Below are positions 9,779 through 18,672 of a DNA stretch of 64,000 bases, in pieces (position 1 is the stretch's first letter; every line of letters begins with the position of its first letter). The stretch comes from a virus (lineage: Duplodnaviria > Caudoviricetes). The DNA is taken from positions 32,001 to 96,000 of IMG/VR virus record IMGVR_UViG_3300021256_000062; one strand, 5' to 3'. The notes beneath the pieces were generated by a model. The model saw only the letters and a list, made by a program, of their open reading frames with translations. It had not been told where the DNA came from and ran no database searches. Made by a program: the position numbers and the translations under genes.

Positions 9779-12634
9779 TTAATTACTTTTTAACATATTT
9801 AATAAATCTTTCTCTAATAATTCAGTATGTTCTAATTTTAATTGTTCAATTGCTTCTTCTCTAGACATTCCTGGTATTCCATTTTTATCATCACCATCTT
9901 CTAAATGTTCTAATTCATTTTGAATTTGAACTGATAATTCATCCCAATACCAATGGTCTACAATATAAGGGTCACAAGACATTGGAACATCAATATAAGG
10001 TTTTGCAGTGTCAATCATAACTTTTACTAACCTCTCAGCGGCTTTTTCAGCATTAACTTTTGGACAAGTACATAATATTTCATCATGAATTGGAACTAAC
10101 ATTCTTAATCCTAATTCATTTAATTCCTTATCATTATAAATATTTAACATTGCCATTTTAGTTAAGGTTGCAGCACCACCTTGAACAATACTATTTACTG
10201 ATTGTCTTTCAGCTCTTGCAATCTTATTTCCATTAGAAATTATTTCAAGTTCATCCTTTAATGCACTCTCTTTGATAGCTTCTATTTGTTTCCAACCTTT
10301 AGCATCTGCAATTGCCTTTTTATATTTATTTATTAGAGTATCATTATTTCTATTTTTACAAATTAATATTGGATTGAAATCACTATTATGTTTCTTATGT
10401 TCTTCAGTCCACTCAATTGAGTATTTAGGTAATGCAACATCTTCTAGATGTCTTCTTCTACCATACCAATCTTCTACATATAATACATCTCTAACCTTTT
10501 TATGTGTATCATCAATCCATTTTTTAACAGATGGGAATGACTTAAAGAATGTATCAATGATTTCTTGTGCTTCTTCTTTAGTCTTTCCAATTTGTTCTCC
10601 TACTGACCTTGCACCACGTCCATATAGTATGCCAAGCAAGATGCTTTTGGCCATTTTTCTTCTCTTCTTACCAGCTTTATTCTGATGAGTTTTATTTCCA
10701 CATATAACTTTTTGACCGTCTATTTCAATTTCAGTACCCTCAGGGTAGAATTCTAGACAATCTTCATATGGAACTCCAAATGATTGAGACGCAATAACTG
10801 AATAAAGGTCTTTTTTATCTATGTAAGCTTGTTTCATAACTGGGTCATTAGCATAATGAGCTGTTAATCTAGGTTCTTGTGCTGAGTAGTCACTACCTAC
10901 TAACATATAAGGTGTTCTAGATGTTATTGTACCATCACCATCAGTTACTAATTTATAATATTTTTTATTATTGTCAATTTCTAGTGTAATTGACTTTAAT
11001 TTACTACCATTCATTAACACATTATCAAATGATAAAGCACCTGCATCTACCCAACTACCATCATTTAATTGAATTTCATCTCCATAAGTGACAAAATAAC
11101 AATTATTTACTGATTCTAATGTATGTTCTACATTATCTGCACAGAATAATAAACGTAATTCATTATTTTTTGATGGAATTTGTTGTAAATTTGGATTACT
11201 TGAACTAAATCTACCTGTTACTACACCTTTTTCTTCCTTACCTGTTTGGTTAAAGTTACAATGAATCTTTCCAGTTACTGGATTTACTAGTTTTGGTAGT
11301 TTTTCAATGAAATCTGTTAATAATGTATGTATTGTTTTTCTTTCTAATAATAATTTTGCCAAAGTAAGACCATTTTCTTTATATTCCTCTAAAGTAAATT
11401 TATCAGTACTTCTTGGATTCTCTTCATCAATAGGTTGTAACTTTAATATATCATATAAAAGTATTGCTAACTGTGGTGGAGAATCATAATTAATAGGGTC
11501 TTCTAATATTTCAAGTTTAGATTTACCCAATTTATAGTAACCTTTATCATCTTTCAATGTATATCTAGGTTTACCTTTCTTATCTAATAAATTTTCCTTA
11601 TCAGTTTTATAAATCTTTGGTTTAGTATTGGCTTCTTTTGATAATTTCCAATCCATTATCTTTTGAGAATACTGTTGCATTTCTTCATCCAACTTTTGAT
11701 TGGCAATTTCAAACTTTTTAGTATATTTATCTAATAATCTTTGACCATATTCTTTATCAAATTTAATACCATCTAACTCCATTTCAGCAACAGGGATTAT
11801 CAAAGGCATTTCGACATTCATAAATAATCTATATGGTCCTGATTGACTAGGTTGTTCTAATATTGATTTTTGATATAAATATAATTTATATGTCATAAGT
11901 GCATCAGTAGCTGCATATAAAGCAAAATAGAATGGGTCAATTACTTCATATAAAATATTAGGGAACATTGAATCAATATCATAAATAGGGTGACTAGAAT
12001 CAACTTTATAATGATATTGCCACTTAAGACCTGCATTAATATCATTTTCATTAATCATTCTAGAACCTATCATTGTATCCCAATATATAGGTAATTCAAC
12101 ACCTAAATACATTTTAGTAAATTGATAATCGAATTTACCATTATGCATTACTACTTTAACTTTATTTTTAACTACTCTTTTAAGTTGTTCTGCACATAAC
12201 TCCTTTGATACTTGTTGTATCTTCTCTCCAGTTAAATAGTTAACATGTTCAATTGGAACATATGCTGGTTTATTAGACGGACTATATAAACATAGTCCAA
12301 CTATCTTACCAGTTATAGGGTCTAATGAGTTATTTGTTTCAGTATCATATGCAAGTATGCCATCTTTAATTACATTATCAAAATATTTAACTAGTTCTTC
12401 TTCTGTTGTAATTACTTGAGTTTCATTACTATGTCTACCTAAAATACGATAAACATATCTATATAAGATATTTAACTTATCTTTAAGTAGAACTTTATTA
12501 TTCTTCATTAATTTCTTAATGTCATCTTTAAGTTCTTCTTGTTCTGGGTTTGCAATCTTATCTAGTATTTCATCTACTTTAGTTTTCTTTTTAGGGATGA
12601 TGAATTCATCACCCCATAAGTTAACATCTTGCAT
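9779..12634 (-). CDS. polA: Family A DNA polymerase with 3'-5' exonuclease
   Basis: ExoI YDTET, ExoII HNGKFD, ExoIII YAATDA; TGRFSSSNPNLQQIP; motif A DYSAQEPR; motif B KSILLGILYG; motif C IHDE. Confidence 0.96.
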   Translation of the reverse strand: MQDVNLWGDEFIIPKKKTKVDEILDKIANPEQEELKDDIKKLMKNNKVLLKDKLNILYRYVYRILGRHSNETQVITTEEELVKYFDNVIKDGILAYDTETNNSLDPITGKIVGLCLYSPSNKPAYVPIEHVNYLTGEKIQQVSKELCAEQLKRVVKNKVKVVMHNGKFDYQFTKMYLGVELPIYWDTMIGSRMINENDINAGLKWQYHYKVDSSHPIYDIDSMFPNILYEVIDPFYFALYAATDALMTYKLYLYQKSILEQPSQSGPYRLFMNVEMPLIIPVAEMELDGIKFDKEYGQRLLDKYTKKFEIANQKLDEEMQQYSQKIMDWKLSKEANTKPKIYKTDKENLLDKKGKPRYTLKDDKGYYKLGKSKLEILEDPINYDSPPQLAILLYDILKLQPIDEENPRSTDKFTLEEYKENGLTLAKLLLERKTIHTLLTDFIEKLPKLVNPVTGKIHCNFNQTGKEEKGVVTGRFSSSNPNLQQIPSKNNELRLLFCADNVEHTLESVNNCYFVTYGDEIQLNDGSWVDAGALSFDNVLMNGSKLKSITLEIDNNKKYYKLVTDGDGTITSRTPYMLVGSDYSAQEPRLTAHYANDPVMKQAYIDKKDLYSVIASQSFGVPYEDCLEFYPEGTEIEIDGQKVICGNKTHQNKAGKKRRKMAKSILLGILYGRGARSVGEQIGKTKEEAQEIIDTFFKSFPSVKKWIDDTHKKVRDVLYVEDWYGRRRHLEDVALPKYSIEWTEEHKKHNSDFNPILICKNRNNDTLINKYKKAIADAKGWKQIEAIKESALKDELEIISNGNKIARAERQSVNSIVQGGAATLTKMAMLNIYNDKELNELGLRMLVPIHDEILCTCPKVNAEKAAERLVKVMIDTAKPYIDVPMSCDPYIVDHWYWDELSVQIQNELEHLEDGDDKNGIPGMSREEAIEQLKLEHTELLEKDLLNMLKSN

Positions 12635-12644
12635 TTAATTACTC

Positions 12645-13595
12645 CTAATAGAATTTTCTAGGTGTTCTTACTCCATCATTAGTAGGTTGTTGTCCTTGAC
12701 CTTGTGCAGGTTGACCATTTCCATTTGTCCAATTGTATGGTGGTTGTCCTTGTGGATTTCCTTGAGGTTGATATCCATGTGGATTTCCTTGAGTGTTTCC
12801 TTGTGGTTGTTGACCATAAGTTTGTTGTCCACCATATTGTGGTTGTTGATATTGACCTTGTGGTTGATATCCTTGTTGTGGGTTATATCCACCTTGTGGT
12901 GCATATCCATTTTGTGGGAATGGGTTTTGTTCAGCTTGTTGATATGTTGGTACATTTTGTACATTTTGTTGTGGAGCATTATTTGTTTGTGGGAATGCAC
13001 CTGTATTTTGGAACTGAACAATTTCATCATATGTTTTAACCATTAAGATTCCCTTTGTAACATCAAAGTTTTCAAATCCACTGAAATCAGCAGGATATGC
13101 TTGTTCATTGTAAATTTGAGCATTAACTGCTGAAATATCATATACAGTCTTATTATCTCCTGCAGCACCCATTCTCTTAATCTTATAAACTACATTAGTT
13201 CCATTATCTGCAAATCTTTCAGCAAGAGTTGCTAATAACTTACTTGGTCTTTCCCAAATTGTAGGTACTAATCTAATTTGACCTGATTGTGGGTCTTGGA
13301 AATATGCTAATGCCTTAATGTATGCTTTAGATGATGGATAACTTTTAGATGCACAAATTGGACACATATCAATTGGGTCCTTTGGATTTCTTAAACAAGC
13401 TAAGTTTCTCCACTTACCAGCTACACTAATCTTATGTACATCAAATAATTGGATATCATCTACTGAATTGTAAGGGAATCTTACATAAACAGTATCTCCA
13501 TCATTTTTTAAATAATTGCTTAAGAACTCAACTTGACTTCTATTGTGTTCTCTTTCATCTTGTGTTTTAATATACTCACTATAATTGTATGACAT
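12645..13595 (-). CDS. Single-stranded DNA-binding protein (gp32-like) with Q/G/P-rich tail
   Basis: LKNDGD..VRF, H..C..CPIC zinc ligands, KIKRMG...TVY; replication gene context. Confidence 0.75.
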   Translation of the reverse strand: MSYNYSEYIKTQDEREHNRSQVEFLSNYLKNDGDTVYVRFPYNSVDDIQLFDVHKISVAGKWRNLACLRNPKDPIDMCPICASKSYPSSKAYIKALAYFQDPQSGQIRLVPTIWERPSKLLATLAERFADNGTNVVYKIKRMGAAGDNKTVYDISAVNAQIYNEQAYPADFSGFENFDVTKGILMVKTYDEIVQFQNTGAFPQTNNAPQQNVQNVPTYQQAEQNPFPQNGYAPQGGYNPQQGYQPQGQYQQPQYGGQQTYGQQPQGNTQGNPHGYQPQGNPQGQPPYNWTNGNGQPAQGQGQQPTNDGVRTPRKFY

Positions 13596-13616
13596 ATTCT
13601 TTTCTTCTTTTCCTTT

Positions 13617-14567
13617 CTAATTTAAATAATTTCTAAAATATGTTATAAATTCATCTCTAGATAAATCATTGACATCTTTATCTGGTGGTAAATTCAATAT
13701 ATCTATGAAAACATCTTTTCTAATTTTAGATATAAATTTTGATACACCAGACTTTCCTGCATCATCCCCATCTAATGCAAGTACATAATATCTAACACCT
13801 GATTTATTTAGAATATCGGCTTGATAGTTTGTTAAACTACTACCAAACAATGCAATTGCTGGAATACCATATGTCCAACAAGTTAATGCATTTATTTGTG
13901 ATTCACACACTACTACTCTTTTAATATTTCTTAAATTGATGAAATTCATTAAGTATACAGGTTTTTCCACATCATGAGGAATATGAAACTCTTTTGTATT
14001 TACATTTCTACTTGTGTAGAACAAATAGTTACCTACTTCATCCCATACTGGAAATATTATACTTTCAGTTTTATCATCATATTTAATTTTAAAATCGTGA
14101 ATCACTTGTGGAGTAAGTTTTCTTTTTTGCATATAGGGATGCCAAGGTTGAAAACTCTCCAATATACTCTCATCAGCATAAACAATTGGAATATGCTGTG
14201 GTAGTTCTATTTTTGGTAAAAACCATTGTTGTTGATTTGTTTTAACTCCAAATTTCTTTATCAACCAATCTGTTGCAAATTGTTCATTTCTGTCGAAACA
14301 AGCTGCAATAAATTTAGGTAATCTTCCAGACTCTTTACAAGTAAAACAATTAAACGTTCCAAATTCCTTATCTCCTGTAGTCAAACTAATTACACCACAA
14401 GAGTTATTCCTTTCATGTCCTTCACTATGAAATGGACAAGGAACAGAAATATAACTACCTTTGTCTATTATACCATTTAATTTACCATTTGTCAACTCTT
14501 TTCTACATTCTTCTAAAATTTGCATTAATGGTGCTGAAATTAGATATCCATTTAAAATTAACTCCAA
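13617..14567 (-). CDS. dnaG: DNA primase
   Basis: CPFH..CFTC zinc finger; TOPRIM VCES..NALT, DGDDAG, KDVND. Confidence 0.92.
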   Translation of the reverse strand: MELILNGYLISAPLMQILEECRKELTNGKLNGIIDKGSYISVPCPFHSEGHERNNSCGVISLTTGDKEFGTFNCFTCKESGRLPKFIAACFDRNEQFATDWLIKKFGVKTNQQQWFLPKIELPQHIPIVYADESILESFQPWHPYMQKRKLTPQVIHDFKIKYDDKTESIIFPVWDEVGNYLFYTSRNVNTKEFHIPHDVEKPVYLMNFINLRNIKRVVVCESQINALTCWTYGIPAIALFGSSLTNYQADILNKSGVRYYVLALDGDDAGKSGVSKFISKIRKDVFIDILNLPPDKDVNDLSRDEFITYFRNYLN

Positions 14568-15868
14568 TTAAATACCTCACCCCCATTTGGTTGTTCAGTC
14601 TGTGATTGATTTACATCATATCTATGTTCATAATCAGTGTTATCTAGAGATTCTCCTTCTTCAGGAATATATTTAAATGTTCCTAGATTTAAATCAGTAT
14701 AGTAGGTTAATACTCTACCAACTTCTCCAGTATCTCTAGATTTTACTATTTGAACCTTGATAATATTTTTATCATTCTTATCTCTACTGATTCCCAGAAC
14801 AATTGTACTATCTTGACCAATTCTACTTGAGTTTTGAATTTGGTCTAATGATATTAATTCTGGGTCATCGTCATTTTTAGTTCTATTCATTTGAGATACA
14901 CATACAAATGGTATCTTCTTTAATGTTTGTAATATTCTTAAATCATATGAAATATTTGCAGCTTTCTCAAATGTTCCCTTTGCACCTCTTTCATCTTCAA
15001 GTAAAGAGTGTTGGTCAATGAATAATATATCTAAATTATATTTTTCAATGAATGCTCTTAATGCACTAACATTTGCAGGTCCACTAATATTGAAAGGAGT
15101 CAATACTTCAATATCTCCTTTTAATGTATCCTTAATATTATCAATATAATTTTTATAGTCAAGTTTAATATTTTCATTTCCATGCATTAAACTACCATTA
15201 GAAATATGACCAGCTAATGTATCAATTCTTAATGCTACTTTATCTACTGACATTTCTCCAGAATAGATACCCACATGTAATCCTTGTTCTGCAGCTTTTG
15301 TAGCAAAGAACAACATTAACCAAGTTTTACCAATACCACTTTTTGCAATAATAGTTGCTAATTCTTCTTGTCTATCCCATCCTAAAATTATTTTATCTAG
15401 TTCAGGAAGACCGGTCTTAACATAGTACTTACTGAAATTTTGTGTCTTATCAATGTATCTATCATATCTTGAAGTATCCTTTGTAATATTTACAGCTTCT
15501 AAACCTCTACTTACAGATAATTTCTCACTAGATTGTTTAAATACTTGTAAAGCCTCATCACTCTTATTTTGCATTATTAAGTTTCTAACAGTATTAAATG
15601 CATTTGCCATATCTCTAGTGTTCTTATCCCTAATTAATTCATTTAATAGATAAGAATCACCTTCTTCTACATTAATAACTTTAAAATCTGGGAATCTACT
15701 CAATAATGTTTCGTAATCAGGTGTTGTACCATACTGATTATAGTGATTCATTATGAAATTAAATTCCAATTTCAAGTCTGAGAAGAAATCTACATTTAAA
15801 TTATTTCTTGTAATCAATGAGATGTCTTTTGTTCTTACTACTTTATTTAATACTTGTAATTGAATCAT
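14558..15868 (-). CDS. dnaB: Replicative helicase
   Basis: AKSGIGKT, SGEMS, FIDQ, SQMNR, IGQDS, KSRD. Confidence 0.92.
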   Translation of the reverse strand: MIQLQVLNKVVRTKDISLITRNNLNVDFFSDLKLEFNFIMNHYNQYGTTPDYETLLSRFPDFKVINVEEGDSYLLNELIRDKNTRDMANAFNTVRNLIMQNKSDEALQVFKQSSEKLSVSRGLEAVNITKDTSRYDRYIDKTQNFSKYYVKTGLPELDKIILGWDRQEELATIIAKSGIGKTWLMLFFATKAAEQGLHVGIYSGEMSVDKVALRIDTLAGHISNGSLMHGNENIKLDYKNYIDNIKDTLKGDIEVLTPFNISGPANVSALRAFIEKYNLDILFIDQHSLLEDERGAKGTFEKAANISYDLRILQTLKKIPFVCVSQMNRTKNDDDPELISLDQIQNSSRIGQDSTIVLGISRDKNDKNIIKVQIVKSRDTGEVGRVLTYYTDLNLGTFKYIPEEGESLDNTDYEHRYDVNQSQTEQPNGGEVFNWS

Positions 15869-16545
15869 TATTCCACCTCAATCCCACGTTTATCTTTACC
15901 TTTAAGTTCTATTACACAACTTGAATAATTAAATATTCTAGAGTATAATCTATCCCCTAAAGATTTGCATAACTCTACACCACTTAAATTAGATGTATAG
16001 ATATTTGATTTTCCTTTAGCTAATCTGGTATCAATTATACTTAATAAGTGGGATATTTCAAATTCTGTTCCTAATTTTGTTCCAATATCATCCCAAATAA
16101 CTAAATCGCAATCTAACACATTTTCATTAATATGTTGAATGTACTCACTCTTTTCACTAATATTGGATTTTAATTCTAACAAGAACCTAGGAACACTGAT
16201 GAATAGTACTCTGCATTTTAATTCACTTTTAACCCATATTTTATTGAAATAAGATTCTGCCATTCTTAATGACCAAGATGTTTTACCACTTCCAGGAATA
16301 TATCCCCACAAGTATAAATTATCTCCGTCATTTACAAATTTCTCAATATTATTTTCTATAGATTTAAGTGCTTCAAATGCTTTCTCATCACTACCATCAT
16401 TATCAGTTCTTAAGTTAATATGTTTTCTATTGTTTAAAGGGATTAATGATTCTTCATACAATTTATTTAATTTAAAATATCTCATACAGAATGTATTGCA
16501 GTCTCGTTGATTACATTGTTTCTTTAACCAACAATTCTCATTCAT
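15868..16545 (-). CDS. dnaC: Helicase loader (DnaC/IstB-like ATPase)
   Basis: GYIPGSGKT, IWDDIG, IYTSN, RLYSRI, GKDKR. Confidence 0.85.
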   Translation of the reverse strand: MNENCWLKKQCNQRDCNTFCMRYFKLNKLYEESLIPLNNRKHINLRTDNDGSDEKAFEALKSIENNIEKFVNDGDNLYLWGYIPGSGKTSWSLRMAESYFNKIWVKSELKCRVLFISVPRFLLELKSNISEKSEYIQHINENVLDCDLVIWDDIGTKLGTEFEISHLLSIIDTRLAKGKSNIYTSNLSGVELCKSLGDRLYSRIFNYSSCVIELKGKDKRGIEVE

Positions 16546-16557
16546 TTATCATTCCCC

Positions 16558-17271
16558 CTAATAAATCTTATTTGACAATGAACTTGCAGTAGATTGTCCT
16601 TGTGGAACTTTGTTTGTTTTATTATCTTGTTCATATCTCTTTGCAACCCAATTAAAGTCCCTATAATTGAATGCTGTTCCTATTTCTACTAATTTTAAAG
16701 CTAATGGTAAATCTCCTTTAGTATATTGATTTAATTCAGTAATAAATAGATTTATAGATACACTATTAAGTACAGCTCCTTTAGTATCTAATATAGCATC
16801 AATCCATTTATACATTGCATTGTTTAAATCATTATTACCTGTGTTAACATATTTATATAAGTTTTGTGCAACATAATGCATTTTAGTTTTCTTATCAACT
16901 CTCTTATTTGCACTAACCTTATTTGTTATTTTTTCTATAGCTTTAAAATCATTTGTAGACACAATTGATATCACTAACTCAATATCAACCTTCAATAAAT
17001 CTGGATTATCAAAATCTCTAATAATTAGATTTATTCCCATTAACTTTTCATCAATCTTCAATTGTTCTTCAATAGTTAATGTCGTTTGTTCATACATATA
17101 ATTTCTATCTAATTTAATAAAATCATTATCATATAATTTATTTTTCTTTTGAGCCTTATCCATAATGTTAATGATTTGACTGACATATATAGATTCTTTT
17201 AATCCAATGATATGTGCCAATCTTTTATTAAAAGATATATAATTATCAGTTTTTAATAAGTCGAGAAACAT
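16558..17271 (-). CDS. Putative replication initiator (winged-helix N-terminus)
   Basis: FNKRLAHIIGL..SIY and TTLTIEEQ patterns; directly upstream of dnaC. Confidence 0.55.
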   Translation of the reverse strand: MFLDLLKTDNYISFNKRLAHIIGLKESIYVSQIINIMDKAQKKNKLYDNDFIKLDRNYMYEQTTLTIEEQLKIDEKLMGINLIIRDFDNPDLLKVDIELVISIVSTNDFKAIEKITNKVSANKRVDKKTKMHYVAQNLYKYVNTGNNDLNNAMYKWIDAILDTKGAVLNSVSINLFITELNQYTKGDLPLALKLVEIGTAFNYRDFNWVAKRYEQDNKTNKVPQGQSTASSLSNKIY

Positions 17272-18092
17272 ATGGCTTTCAACTCCTCATTGTTTCTTAA
17301 TTTTTCTAATGCATTCTTATAAAGTAATGAATTCCATGACTTTGAATAATATCTATATTTATATACATCATACTTAATATCTTTATTATCTGCATAGGTA
17401 TCTATAAAATAATTAACTTCATCATCAGTTAAATCTAATATACTTTTCATTACTTTTTTAGATTTACAAATTGCTTTTCCAATACCATCTTGATACACTT
17501 TTGTATACACATCACAATATGCAAGAGTATATACAACTAGTGCTTCATAAATGTTATTTTCTTTAATTAGATTCTTAATTAATTTATCAATATCTCTATA
17601 TTTACTAGTTGAATTATCAGCTAATAATGAATCACCATTCTCATCCACTAAAGAATCTAAACTATGAGATGTGAATACACCTGCACGTTTACCAGTATTG
17701 TAGTACTGAAAATATCTCTCTCTAGTACTATCTATAGCTCTATATACATATCCATTAATGAACTTATCCTCATCACCATCTTTAATGTATGTAAAGACAT
17801 CTGGTTTCATGAATGCTCGATATTTAAATACATCACTTAATGCTTCAAAGTATAAGTCTGCAACATCTTCCATAGTCCAATGTAACTTATTTACTAGGAA
17901 ATTGCATTCTCTATATAAAGTGGGTATCTCATGCCAATATCGTAATGCAAATGCACTGAAATAAGCATCTCTTAATATCTTATTATCTTCATTATCAATG
18001 TACCCTTTAGCTAATGAGTATTTAGACATTTTTCTCCAATTAGGTATTTTATCAGCATCTTTTTCAAACTCATTATGTAAAATATCTAACAT
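17253..18092 (-). CDS. Putative phage sigma-factor-like protein
   Basis: Region-2-like helices (EDVADL..EAL; YVYRAI..R) followed by KR and SLDSL; first gene after a sigma70 promoter. Confidence 0.5.
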   Translation of the reverse strand: MLDILHNEFEKDADKIPNWRKMSKYSLAKGYIDNEDNKILRDAYFSAFALRYWHEIPTLYRECNFLVNKLHWTMEDVADLYFEALSDVFKYRAFMKPDVFTYIKDGDEDKFINGYVYRAIDSTRERYFQYYNTGKRAGVFTSHSLDSLVDENGDSLLADNSTSKYRDIDKLIKNLIKENNIYEALVVYTLAYCDVYTKVYQDGIGKAICKSKKVMKSILDLTDDEVNYFIDTYADNKDIKYDVYKYRYYSKSWNSLLYKNALEKLRNNEELKAICFSTY

Positions 18093-18122
18093 AGTATACT
18101 CCTTTCAATAAACTTTAAATAT

Positions 18123-18151
18123 ATTATATACTATATTTTGAAAAAAGTCAA
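18123..18151 (-). promoter_or_regulatory. Sigma70-type promoter of replication operon
   Basis: TTGACT-17 nt-TATAAT, then AAAGGAG RBS. Confidence 0.8.
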
Positions 18152-18161
18152 CAATAATCTT

Positions 18162-18656
18162 TTATTCAGTTTTAAATAATACAATCTCTCCACTCTCTAA
18201 AGTACTCTTGACATCAATAACTCTTTGATTTGCAGAACCTCTAAATGGTAAAGTTGTATCTAATTTACTTAATTTAAATTCACCATCAACTATTATATCT
18301 ACATATTGGATAATTTCCAAATCCTTAATATCATCATAATCATATCCTGTATATAACCATATAGTTTTATTTGGTAATTTATTTTTTAAATATTTAACTA
18401 ATTTTAATATTTCATCTCTATTGGTAGGAAATAGTGGGTCTCCTCCTGAAAGAGTTAACCCATCAACATAATCCCTTGCTAATAGTGATTCTAATTCCTT
18501 TACAGTATCATCAGTGAAATCTTTACCTATATTTGAATCCCAAGATTCTGGATTTTGACAACCCTTGCAACGATGATTACATCCACTTACAAAAAGTGTT
18601 ACTCTTACTCCATTGCCATCTACAATATCACAATCTAATATACTTAAGTATTTCAT
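18162..18656 (-). CDS. nrdG: Anaerobic RNR activase
   Basis: GNGVRVTLFVSGCNHRCKGCQN, GGDPL, FRGSANQR. Confidence 0.96.
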   Translation of the reverse strand: MKYLSILDCDIVDGNGVRVTLFVSGCNHRCKGCQNPESWDSNIGKDFTDDTVKELESLLARDYVDGLTLSGGDPLFPTNRDEILKLVKYLKNKLPNKTIWLYTGYDYDDIKDLEIIQYVDIIVDGEFKLSKLDTTLPFRGSANQRVIDVKSTLESGEIVLFKTE

Positions 18657-18672
18657 ATCGCATAAACACCAC

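Noticed and set aside
10910-11137. Functional intein in PolA
   Set aside because: No terminal His-Asn plus nucleophile and too short; kept only as a possible relic
12668-13046. Overlapping repetitive ORFs and a possible repeat array
   Set aside because: Alternative frames of the low-complexity SSB tail; no CRISPR repeat-spacer structure
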